From the IMG/VR virus record IMGVR_UViG_3300031951_001120, positions 1 through 25,164 of that record: a DNA stretch of 25,164 bases. One strand, given 5' to 3'. This stretch comes from a virus. Taxonomy: Duplodnaviria > Caudoviricetes. Numbering within the stretch: position 1 is the stretch's first letter; each line of letters begins with the position of its first letter. Shown here one piece after another: positions 1 through 7,864 of the stretch. The notes beneath the pieces were generated by a model. That model searched no databases and was not told where the DNA came from. It saw only the letters and a program-made list of their open reading frames with translations. A program made the translations under genes and the position numbers.

Positions 1-65
1 TTCATTACGTACATTGTAACTTCAAAGCCAAAACGCATTTCTGTTGCAGCTGGTTTAGTCCACAT
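1..65 (-). CDS. pqqA: PQQ (pyrroloquinoline quinone) precursor peptide PqqA, 3' end cut by window edge
   Basis: Manual translation from ATG at 65 gives MWTKPAATEMRFGFEVTMYVM(N/K..). It has the PqqA N-terminal W-x-K-P pattern and the core R-x-G-F-E-V-T-M-Y with the E-x3-Y pair. Strong SD AAAGGAG at 73-79. Not in the ORF track because it is short. Confidence 0.96.
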   Translation of the reverse strand, partial: MWTKPAATEMRFGFEVTMYVM

Positions 66-96
66 AGCGGTTCTCCTTTCTTTAGTATATATAAAT

Positions 97-125
97 ATTA
101 TACTACAGAATAAGAAATCTGTCAT
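97..125 (-). promoter_or_regulatory. sigma70-type promoter for pqqA
   Basis: On the minus strand, ATGACA (125-120), a 17-nt spacer and TATAAT (102-97) lie just upstream of the pqqA RBS. Confidence 0.75.
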
Positions 126-158
126 GTGTGTAACACTTAACATAGACTAAGGATTATC

Positions 159-851
159 ATTAGTAAATTTATACAACATACTTCATGTCCTAAATGTGGA
201 TCACGGGATAATCTTGCTGAGTATGATGACCATGTATGGTGCTTTGGTTGTAAGTATTACAAGACTAAAGATGATGTACATACATTACGAAGCAGATTGC
301 AGAGAACTCCTTCGATGCCATCTGATGAGTTTACTCTTGAGTTATCTAACGATATACCACTAAAAGCTAAGCAATGGTTACTTAAATATGGTATTACTAA
401 CCAAGAGATCGAGCAAAATAATATTGCGTATAACGCAAATTCTGATATACTTGTTTTGCTTCACACGCAAAATTACTGGCAAGGTAGATGCTTTGGTAAT
501 CAATCTCAAAAGTATTTATCTAAAGGTTTGAAACCATTGACAATTTATGGTAATGGTGATACAATTGTATGTGTGGAAGATATTTTATCTGCTATTAAGA
601 TAGCTAGACTTTCACCAGATTACTGTGCAACACCACTACTTGGCAGTAGTATGTCTCTAGAAACTACACAATCGCTCTCAAAACGATTTAAATCTATACT
701 GATATGGTTGGATAGGGACAAGGCTAAAGATGCGATTATGATGTCAAGAAATTTGAAACAGAGGGGTATTTTAGTTGATGTAGTTATCTCACCTAAAGAT
801 CCTAAAGAATATGACAAAGGAGAATTACTCACTTGGTTGAAGAACAGATAA
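159..851 (+). CDS. DNA primase (N-terminal Cys4 zinc finger plus TOPRIM), probable ATT start
   Basis: The frame of track ORF 297..851 is open back to a stop at 138-140 and encodes SKFIQHTSCPKCGSRDN...HVWCFGC, a T7 gp4-type Zn finger. TOPRIM motifs VCVEDILSA and IWLDRD are present. SD TAAGGA at 148-153 precedes ATT at 159. Confidence 0.88.
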   Translation: MSKFIQHTSCPKCGSRDNLAEYDDHVWCFGCKYYKTKDDVHTLRSRLQRTPSMPSDEFTLELSNDIPLKAKQWLLKYGITNQEIEQNNIAYNANSDILVLLHTQNYWQGRCFGNQSQKYLSKGLKPLTIYGNGDTIVCVEDILSAIKIARLSPDYCATPLLGSSMSLETTQSLSKRFKSILIWLDRDKAKDAIMMSRNLKQRGILVDVVISPKDPKEYDKGELLTWLKNR

Positions 852-2074
852 TAAATTTATTCTGTAAAGACAGAGATCTCTTTACAAAGTATTACAAGTA
901 TGTTAATATTAATTATATTAAAGTTAATTATAGTAATATATATAAATTATTTATAGTAATAGAGTATTACTATACTAAATATAATAATAATAATAATATA
1001 ACTAAACAAGAATTAGAGTTAGCTTATAACTCTAACTATTTACTTAAGGACTCTGAAAGAAAAGAACTATCCGATCTGTTAGATCGTGTCTTAAACGCTG
1101 AACTACCTAACCCTGATGCAGTCATTACTCTTTTAGAAGAGCATCGTCGTCGCTGTCTTGCAGGAGACTTAGCTCGACTTGCATTAGATGTTGAGGATGG
1201 TAAGTCAGATGTTAAAGACTTAATGGATAAGTTTACTGAGTTTGAACATCAAGAGGTTGAATCAGATGAACCAACTTCTATTGAATTAAACTTAGCTAAC
1301 TTACATCAATCCCAGGTTGCAACACCTGGTCTTAGATGGAGATTAGATTTTCTTAACAAAAGTCTTGGGTCATTACGCAAAGGTGACTTTGGATTTGTAT
1401 TTGCTAGACCTGAAACAGGTAAGACTACATTCTTAGCTAGTGAAATATCCAAGATGTTAGAACAAACTGAAGGAGATATTATTTGGTTTAACAACGAGGA
1501 ACAAGGAAACAAAGTCGCTATTCGGTGTTACCAAGCTGTACTTGGGGTAACAGCCGAACAGCTCTTTAATGACATTGAAAGAAATCAAGCACTGTTTGAA
1601 ACTAAAACAGGTAGTAGGTTAAAGATATATGACTTTGAAGATTCATCAAGGGCTTCACGCATTGATGCTATTCTTAAAGAATCTAACCCTGCATTAATTA
1701 TCTTTGACCAGATTGATAAGATCAAAGGATTTAAACATGATCGTAATGATCTTGAATTAAAACAAATTTACCAATGGGCTCGAGAGATTGCTAAGACATA
1801 TGCACCAGTGATTGCTATATGTCAAGCATCTGGAGAAGCTGAAGGTAAACTATGGTTAACCATGGATATGGTTGACAGCAGTAAAACTGCAAAGCAAGGG
1901 GAAGCTGATTGGATTCTAGGTATAGGTAAGGAACAAGATAACACTAGTCGTTATAGATATTTAAATATCACAAAGAATAAACTACTAGGTGACTCAGATA
2001 CTTTACCTGAACTTAGACATGGATCAACTCAAGTATTAATTAAACCTGAGATAGCAAGGTATGAAGATCTCTAA
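833..2074 (+). CDS. Replicative DNA helicase, DnaB/T7 gp4-like (SF4)
   Basis: Walker A ARPETGKTT, Walker B IIFDQID, plus NEE, CQA and ADWILGIG motifs. TTG start with AAAGGAG upstream; follows the primase. Confidence 0.9.
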   Translation: MVEEQIINLFCKDRDLFTKYYKYVNINYIKVNYSNIYKLFIVIEYYYTKYNNNNNITKQELELAYNSNYLLKDSERKELSDLLDRVLNAELPNPDAVITLLEEHRRRCLAGDLARLALDVEDGKSDVKDLMDKFTEFEHQEVESDEPTSIELNLANLHQSQVATPGLRWRLDFLNKSLGSLRKGDFGFVFARPETGKTTFLASEISKMLEQTEGDIIWFNNEEQGNKVAIRCYQAVLGVTAEQLFNDIERNQALFETKTGSRLKIYDFEDSSRASRIDAILKESNPALIIFDQIDKIKGFKHDRNDLELKQIYQWAREIAKTYAPVIAICQASGEAEGKLWLTMDMVDSSKTAKQGEADWILGIGKEQDNTSRYRYLNITKNKLLGDSDTLPELRHGSTQVLIKPEIARYEDL

Positions 2075-2204
2075 GTGGACTAGATGGGTACTACTAGACT
2101 GGGATGGTACAATCATAAGATGGTTTGACTATCCTGCTACTGGTACCATTAGGTATAAAGAACCTAAGATAAATTTAAATGACATTGAAGAATGTCTATT
2201 CTAA
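2061..2204 (+). CDS. Small hypothetical protein (47 aa, MKISKWTRWVLLDWDG...)
   Basis: Manual translation; overlaps the helicase end and fills the gap to the next RBS. Confidence 0.6.
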   Translation: MKISKWTRWVLLDWDGTIIRWFDYPATGTIRYKEPKINLNDIEECLF

Positions 2205-2213
2205 GGAGAATGT

Positions 2214-2375
2214 ATGAAGATTATTAACGCAACAGTTGAAGATATTTTACAATTTGATAACAGTATTTCTGTATCAGATGCAGAAGATCTCTTGCTTTTT
2301 GCTGATCCGCATGATACAATAGAAGAAGCAATAGATAAACTTTATGGAGAACCTCGCGGGGAATGCGCTATTTAA
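2214..2375 (+). CDS. Small acidic hypothetical protein (53 aa, MKIINATVEDILQFD...)
   Basis: Manual translation; strong SD TAAGGAG at 2202-2208; overlaps the polymerase start. Confidence 0.7.
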   Translation: MKIINATVEDILQFDNSISVSDAEDLLLFADPHDTIEEAIDKLYGEPRGECAI

Positions 2376-3517
2376 CTCTAGATGTAGAGACAACAATATC
2401 TAACAAAGGTAATCCCTTTGATAGAACTAATAAACTTTGTTATGTAGGAACAACACATGGACTCTATGATATTGAATATTCTGATACTCCGTATCGGGAT
2501 TCGTTGGGTGAAATTCAAAATCAAATTAAAGCTGCTGAGACTCTCGTTGGTTTCAACATTAAATTCGATTTACATTGGCTTAAAAGGTACCAAATAAACT
2601 TTGATAACAAACGGATATGGGACTGTCAACTAGTACATTTTATTCTTACTGGTCAGACTGAAACTTATCCTAGTCTTAACAAAGTGTGTGCTTATTACAA
2701 CTTAGAATCTAAACTAGATGTAGTGTCTGAAGAGTATTGGAAAAATAAAATAGATACTCCTGATATACCTGAAGAGATTCTTAAAGAGTACTTAGCACAA
2801 GACATCAAGTTAACAGAGCAAGTGTATCTTAAACAACTTGAACAATTAGAAACTGTACCACATTTAAAGAGACTCGTTAGTTTACACAATCAAGACTTAT
2901 TAGTCTTACAAGAGATGGAGTATAACGGTATCTTATACAATGTACCTAAGAGTATAGAAGAAGGAGATAAGTTAGAAAATGAACTTGACAAGATTGATGA
3001 ATGGCTTTATGCACACCATAATTGCCCTGAGTTTAATCCCAATAGTACTGATCACCTTAGTGCTTTCCTATATGGTGGGACTATCATCCTTAAACGGAGA
3101 GTGGCTGTTGGGACATTTAAGACTGGCACTAGAGCAGGTCAACCTAAAGAACGTTGGGAAGAGTATCCAGTAAACTTTCAAAGACTTGTTAATCCTTTGA
3201 AGGGATCTGAGTTAGCTAAAGAAGGACTATACTCTACAGATGAGAATACTCTTAGATCATTACGAGGTAGTAAGAAAGCTAAAGAAATTATTGAAACTCT
3301 TTTGTTTAGATCTACTCTTGAAAAAAGACTCTCAACTTATTACAGAGGTTTAGTTACTTTAATTAAAGACTCTAACTGGGATAATGGTATGATATACGGA
3401 CAACTCAATCAATGTGTTGCAAGAACAGGTAGACTGTCGTCTAGTAAACCTAACTTACAAAACTTTGATGGAGAAATTAAAGACTTATTTGGGAGTAGAT
3501 ATGCTACTGCAAGCTGA
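2363..3517 (+). CDS. DNA polymerase family A, N-terminal part (3'-5' exonuclease plus thumb/start of palm)
   Basis: ExoI LDVET, ExoII GFNIKFDL, ExoIII YLAQD, and PolA motifs FNPNS and TGRLSSSKPNLQN. Ends just before motif A. Confidence 0.92.
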   Translation: MRYLTLDVETTISNKGNPFDRTNKLCYVGTTHGLYDIEYSDTPYRDSLGEIQNQIKAAETLVGFNIKFDLHWLKRYQINFDNKRIWDCQLVHFILTGQTETYPSLNKVCAYYNLESKLDVVSEEYWKNKIDTPDIPEEILKEYLAQDIKLTEQVYLKQLEQLETVPHLKRLVSLHNQDLLVLQEMEYNGILYNVPKSIEEGDKLENELDKIDEWLYAHHNCPEFNPNSTDHLSAFLYGGTIILKRRVAVGTFKTGTRAGQPKERWEEYPVNFQRLVNPLKGSELAKEGLYSTDENTLRSLRGSKKAKEIIETLLFRSTLEKRLSTYYRGLVTLIKDSNWDNGMIYGQLNQCVARTGRLSSSKPNLQNFDGEIKDLFGSRYATAS

Positions 3518-4226
3518 CGCCAAACAACTAGAATGGGTTGGTGCTACATATCTTTCTCAAGATCAAGTCGCTTTAAAGGAGATCTGGGAAAGTGTTGACC
3601 AGCATAGTGATAATCAGAATCGTTTCGGCTTACCTTCTAGACTTGTTGCTAAGACATTCGTATTTCGTCTTATATATGGTGGTTCTGCTTATAGTTATGC
3701 TAATGATCCTAACTTTAGAGATATAGGTAATGAGAAGTTCTGGCAAGGTATTATAGATCAGTTCTATGATAAGTATAAAGGTCTTAAAGCCTGGCATGAT
3801 AAGATACTTAACGATGCTAAACGTGAGGGTAAACTAGTTATGCCTACTGGTAGGACTTATTACTATGCACCTGAACTAAAGTATAATAGAGCTGAATGGC
3901 CACGCACCAAGATCCTTAACTATCCAGTGCAAGGACTTGGAGCGGACCTTATGGCTATTGCAAGAGTAAGTTTAAGAAATAGACTAAAAGAAAAGGAAGG
4001 AGTAAAACTTGTTAATACTGTACATGATTCAATAATACTTGACTTTAATCCTAATATATGGGATAATATAAGTATAGTCAATTTAGTTGACAAATGTTTT
4101 AACGATATACCAGCAAACTTTAATAAATTGTTTGGTAAAGACTTCAACTTACCTATGAGAGTTGAATGTCAAATTGGCCCCACATGGGGAAATATGGAGA
4201 TTATACATGCAAATTACAGTAACTAG
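3501..4226 (+). CDS. DNA polymerase family A, C-terminal catalytic part
   Basis: Likely start ATG 3501 with GGAG at 3492-3495. Motif A LLQADAKQLE, motif B RLVAKTFVFRLIYG, NYPVQGLGAD and motif C TVHDS. Confidence 0.92.
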   Translation: MLLQADAKQLEWVGATYLSQDQVALKEIWESVDQHSDNQNRFGLPSRLVAKTFVFRLIYGGSAYSYANDPNFRDIGNEKFWQGIIDQFYDKYKGLKAWHDKILNDAKREGKLVMPTGRTYYYAPELKYNRAEWPRTKILNYPVQGLGADLMAIARVSLRNRLKEKEGVKLVNTVHDSIILDFNPNIWDNISIVNLVDKCFNDIPANFNKLFGKDFNLPMRVECQIGPTWGNMEIIHANYSN

Positions 4227-4695
4227 CGTAGTACAAAATACATTAGCAGCTTCTAATGGTAGAACATATCAACAAATAGAAGTGTATTACAAGAACGATA
4301 AAGGTGAGAATCAATCTAAAAAGTTAGTAGCATTCTCAAATCCTGAAGTATTTAAAACAGCAAAGACTTGGCAAGGTGGTGAAGTAGTAGATATTAAGAC
4401 AGTCAAGAATGCTAAGACTGGCTATTGGGATTGGGTAAGTATCGGAGGAGATAACGCAGTGAGTGAAACTAAACCAGCAAGTGCAGCAACAGGTACTAGA
4501 GTTACAGGTTCTAACTATGAAACTAAAGAAGAAAGAGCACAACGACAAATTCTTATTGTTCGTCAATCTTCTTTATCTAGTGCAGTAGAATTACTAGGTC
4601 CAGGTAAATCTGTTGATGACGTAATTAATGTAGCTAAACAGTTTGAGGCTTATGTATTTGGTGATACAGAAACTTCAGATGACATTCCTGCTTAG
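4207..4695 (+). CDS. Probable single-stranded DNA-binding protein
   Basis: Likely start ATG 4207 (GGAG at 4196-4199). Beta-rich N-terminal domain, low-complexity linker and acidic tail ETSDDIPA; located between polymerase and exonuclease. Confidence 0.55.
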   Translation: MQITVTSVVQNTLAASNGRTYQQIEVYYKNDKGENQSKKLVAFSNPEVFKTAKTWQGGEVVDIKTVKNAKTGYWDWVSIGGDNAVSETKPASAATGTRVTGSNYETKEERAQRQILIVRQSSLSSAVELLGPGKSVDDVINVAKQFEAYVFGDTETSDDIPA

Positions 4696-4703
4696 GAGTT
4701 AAC

Positions 4704-5078
4704 ATGAAAAAGTATGAAGTCTGGATTATAAGAGCATTACTATTATCAGGTATTATTCTATGTATCGTTTCATGGTCAATGTTCTTTTCCAGACTTGATG
4801 CTAAAGAACTTAAATACCTACACTATCGATACAATGATAATGTAGTTATTACTTTGTCTAATGTAGATTGCATGATACCAGAGATAAAAGATTTATATCC
4901 TTGGGCTGCTATTGCTACTAGAGTAGATGGTAATAGATTGATTGCATGTTACAAAGGTGAGGGAGAGAACATTGTTATCCAATGGTATAAAGGAGATACA
5001 TCAACTTTCCCCGCTAATGTATTCTTGGTAGATCCTAACAAGGATAAAACTTATAAGAAAGTAGAGCCTAATACTTAA
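4704..5078 (+). CDS. Hypothetical membrane-anchored or exported protein
   Basis: SD AGGAG; hydrophobic N-terminal segment WIIRALLLSGIILCIVSWSMFF followed by a small soluble domain with two Cys. Confidence 0.7.
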   Translation: MKKYEVWIIRALLLSGIILCIVSWSMFFSRLDAKELKYLHYRYNDNVVITLSNVDCMIPEIKDLYPWAAIATRVDGNRLIACYKGEGENIVIQWYKGDTSTFPANVFLVDPNKDKTYKKVEPNT

Positions 5079-5779
5079 TGCAAGCTTTAATAGATCAAGA
5101 CTTATTATGCTATAGATGTGCAGCTAGTGCCGAGAATGATGACCTCGGCATTGCTATATATAGGATAGATGAACTACTAGATAATATTCTTAATAAGACT
5201 GGAGCTACTAGTTACAGAGCATTCTTAACTAGCCCTACTAATTTTAGAAAAGATATCTACCCTGAATATAAAGCTAATCGTATTAGTCAACCTAAACCTA
5301 AACACTTAAAAGATTTGCAAGCATACAGTCTTGAGACTCTTAAGGCTGAGGTTGCACCTGACGGATTAGAAGCTGATGATGCTTTAGCTATTAATCAAAC
5401 AGAAGATACTATTATTTGTAGTCTTGATAAAGATTTACTTCAAGTACCAGGTAAGCATTTTTCTTGGGAGATTAATGGTAAAGGTTGGACTAGACCTGAT
5501 ACATTTATAGAACAAACAGAGTTAGAAGGACTTAGATTATTCTATAAACAATGTATTAAAGGAGATAGATCTGATAATGTTAAAGGCATTGATGGTCTTG
5601 GAGAAAAGAAAGCTACTGACTTGTTAAGTAATTGCACTACTGAATTAGAAATGTTTAACAGAGTAAGAGATCTGTACGGAAACGATGATGAGTTTATCAT
5701 GAATGCTAGTGTGTTATGGATCTTAAGATCATTAGATGACAACTGGAAGGATAGGTTTAATGCCCTCATTCAAGAGTAA
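5078..5779 (+). CDS. 5'-3' exonuclease / flap endonuclease (T7 gp6-like)
   Basis: Motifs LIDQD, NFRKDIYPEYKANR, LEADD, SLDKDLLQVPG and GDRSDNVKGIDGLGEKKA (helix-hairpin). Confidence 0.92.
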   Translation: MQALIDQDLLCYRCAASAENDDLGIAIYRIDELLDNILNKTGATSYRAFLTSPTNFRKDIYPEYKANRISQPKPKHLKDLQAYSLETLKAEVAPDGLEADDALAINQTEDTIICSLDKDLLQVPGKHFSWEINGKGWTRPDTFIEQTELEGLRLFYKQCIKGDRSDNVKGIDGLGEKKATDLLSNCTTELEMFNRVRDLYGNDDEFIMNASVLWILRSLDDNWKDRFNALIQE

Positions 5780-6143
5780 GTTAGAAGAAAAAGTATGGGC
5801 AACTCTTAAAAAAGAATTTCCTACAGTAAAGTATGAACCACAAAGATTTAAGTTTATTCAACCAGAGATAGAACGCACTTATATTCCAGACTTTAAAACT
5901 GGACGTAGTAACATATTCATTGAGGCTAAAGGCAAGCTTGATTTAGAAACACGAAAGAAGATGGTTTGGTTTAGAGATTCTAATCCTACTGTCCGTATTA
6001 TCTTTTTATTTATGAACCCTGATAATAAGATAACTAAACGAAGTAAAACAACCTATGCTATGTGGGCTACTGACAATGGCTTTGAATGGCTAGACTTTAG
6101 AAAGGATTGGCTTAATGCTTATAAGCAACTGTGTAAAAAATGA
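5760..6143 (+). CDS. Endonuclease I / Holliday junction resolvase (T7 gp3-like)
   Basis: FKSKLEEKV, YIPDF, IFIEAKG (PD-(D/E)xK) and SKTTYAMWA..NGF. Likely start ATG 5760. Confidence 0.9.
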   Translation: MPSFKSKLEEKVWATLKKEFPTVKYEPQRFKFIQPEIERTYIPDFKTGRSNIFIEAKGKLDLETRKKMVWFRDSNPTVRIIFLFMNPDNKITKRSKTTYAMWATDNGFEWLDFRKDWLNAYKQLCKK

Positions 6144-6309
6144 AGATGGTAGTTATGATTTTGATTTCCATGTGGAGCCTACTGAGGCTGCATTCCTCAT
6201 GGATCATGCAATTAAAGATCTAATTCACCATGGTATTATTAATGTAAACTTAGAAGAAGCTGAACAAGAATTTGAGATTCATAAAGAACTAGGAGGAACA
6301 GTACAATGA
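6115..6309 (+). CDS. Hypothetical protein (64 aa, acidic)
   Basis: ORF in the operon with AAGGA upstream. Confidence 0.65.
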   Translation: MLISNCVKNEDGSYDFDFHVEPTEAAFLMDHAIKDLIHHGIINVNLEEAEQEFEIHKELGGTVQ

Positions 6310-6419
6310 TCCAGCTAAGATATCTGAAAGAAGGCAATAGTCCTTTATTACTACAGTATAGATATAACTTTATACTCTTTGCTACTAGATGGAAAGCAAT
6401 TACAACTGAGGTAAAATAA
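6306..6419 (+). CDS. Small hypothetical protein (37 aa, MIQLRYLKEG...)
   Basis: Manual translation; AGGAGG SD upstream and ATGA overlap with the previous stop; fills the gap to 6421. Confidence 0.55.
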   Translation: MIQLRYLKEGNSPLLLQYRYNFILFATRWKAITTEVK

Positions 6420-6420
6420 T

Positions 6421-7167
6421 ATGAGTAAGATTCTTTTATTAGATATAGAGATGGCTCCTAACGTGGCTCATGTATGGGGTATATGGGATCAGAACATTGG
6501 TATTAACCAACTACAAGAATCCTCTTATGTAATGTGCTATGCTGCTAAATGGCTTGGCGATAAGAAGATGATATTTGATTCTGTTAAAAAGAGTGGAGAC
6601 AAAAAGATGCTTCAAGGTATCCATAAGTTACTTGATGAAGCTGATGCAGTAGTACACTACAATGGTAAGAGATTTGATATACCTTCTCTTAACAAAGAGT
6701 TTTTATTACATGGTATGTTTCCACCTGCACCATTCAAAGAGATAGATCTACTTACAGTAGCTAAAGGTAGATTCAGATTTGTATCTAATAAATTGGATTA
6801 TGTTGCTCAGTCATTAGGTTTGGGTAAGAAGACTGAACATAGTGGTCATGAGTTATGGGTACAATGTATGGCAGGTATTCCTAAAGCATGGAAGACTATG
6901 GAAAAGTATAACAAGAATGATGTTATTCTTTTAGAGAAAGTCTATGAACGCTTTAAACCTTGGATTAAGAACCATCTTAACCGTAACTTGTTAGAGAATA
7001 CAGGACTCTGTTGTCCTACATGTGCCTCTAAAAATTTCCAGAAAAGAGGGTATAACATGACTTCGGCAGGCAAATATCAACGATATCAATGTCGTGCATG
7101 TGGTAATTGGTTTAGGGATAATCAGAACCTTAAAGAAAAAGGCTCTGTGAAATTGGTGAACGTATGA
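6421..7167 (+). CDS. RNase H-fold (DnaQ/YprB-like) exonuclease with C-terminal zinc ribbon
   Basis: LLLDIE, HYNGKRFDIP, IDLL, NKLDYVA and YNKNDV motifs; C-terminal CPTC...CRAC. Confidence 0.82.
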   Translation: MSKILLLDIEMAPNVAHVWGIWDQNIGINQLQESSYVMCYAAKWLGDKKMIFDSVKKSGDKKMLQGIHKLLDEADAVVHYNGKRFDIPSLNKEFLLHGMFPPAPFKEIDLLTVAKGRFRFVSNKLDYVAQSLGLGKKTEHSGHELWVQCMAGIPKAWKTMEKYNKNDVILLEKVYERFKPWIKNHLNRNLLENTGLCCPTCASKNFQKRGYNMTSAGKYQRYQCRACGNWFRDNQNLKEKGSVKLVNV

Positions 7168-7385
7168 AACCTGACGCATGGATTGTAGAAGAGTTTGACT
7201 CTAATGGTCAATTAGTTTGGAAGATGATGTCTTTCTTTGAGCCTACTGAACTATCTTGGTTTAAAGACTTAAAGAGTAAGAAGCATAACATAACTATAAC
7301 ACCTATGTACAAGAACGAAAAAGAGGCTAAAAAGTATGATGGCATTAAGAAATATGATTCTAGTAGGTTTGTTATTGGCTTGTAG
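7164..7385 (+). CDS. Hypothetical protein (73 aa)
   Basis: ATGA overlap with the upstream gene. Confidence 0.65.
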   Translation: MKPDAWIVEEFDSNGQLVWKMMSFFEPTELSWFKDLKSKKHNITITPMYKNEKEAKKYDGIKKYDSSRFVIGL

Positions 7386-7518
7386 TGGGTGTGCAGACTT
7401 TCTTGTGAATACATCAGGAACTTTTGTTGGAAATATTATATCTAATAAAGTGATTAAAGAAATGGAAAAGGATAAAACAAGTGATACTAGACAAGAGATT
7501 CCTAAGAAAGCTATATGA
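7336..7518 (+). CDS. Putative small lipoprotein
   Basis: Basic residue, hydrophobic core and lipobox-like LLLACSGC; AAGAGG upstream. Confidence 0.5.
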   Translation: MMALRNMILVGLLLACSGCADFLVNTSGTFVGNIISNKVIKEMEKDKTSDTRQEIPKKAI

Positions 7519-7819
7519 TTGTTACATAACTCTGCCCCCTTTTTGTGGGTGGAGAATGCCTCCAGCTAGGAAGGTAACCTTTGAGATTACTGATGCTGAT
7601 GATCACTATGGTTTGTTTATACCTTACCCTATGAGGATACAAATCACAACTCAGAATGAGTCTTTCTACACTCTATGCGACACCCTACTTCATGAAATGG
7701 TACATCTATATCTATTCTATAATGGTCATTCAGACTATAACCAGCATGAAGAAAAGTTTAAGAAACTATCTGAAGAGATCTGTGATACTTTAATGCTAAG
7801 TCATGAACATTTTGGTTGA
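7481..7819 (+). CDS. SprT-like zinc metalloprotease domain protein
   Basis: DTLLHEMVHL (HExxH) with a downstream H..F motif (QHEEKF). GTG start with AAGGA upstream. Confidence 0.75.
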   Translation: MILDKRFLRKLYDCYITLPPFCGWRMPPARKVTFEITDADDHYGLFIPYPMRIQITTQNESFYTLCDTLLHEMVHLYLFYNGHSDYNQHEEKFKKLSEEICDTLMLSHEHFG

Positions 7820-7844
7820 CAAGTATATAATAAATTGTTATAAT
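7816..7844 (+). promoter_or_regulatory. Consensus sigma70 promoter with extended -10
   Basis: TTGACA (7816-7821), 17 nt, TATAAT (7839-7844), with TG at 7836-7837. Followed by SD TAAGGAG and ATG 7865. Confidence 0.9.
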
Positions 7845-7864
7845 ATTAGGTAAGGAGATAACTT

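Noticed and set aside
127-142. TGTGT-N6-TAACA, a CRP/FNR-like box just upstream of the pqqA -35
   Set aside because: Degenerate match in AT-rich DNA, centred near -44.5 rather than -41.5; not supportable without a motif comparison to host pqqA promoters.
66-158. Possible prophage attachment junction between a host pqqA and the phage
   Set aside because: No integrase, att-like repeat or tRNA is visible, and a prophage end directly at the primase would be unusual. It cannot be fully excluded without flanking sequence.
4087-4115. TTGACA inside the polymerase gene as a promoter for the SSB-like gene
   Set aside because: No convincing -10 element at 16-18 nt spacing.
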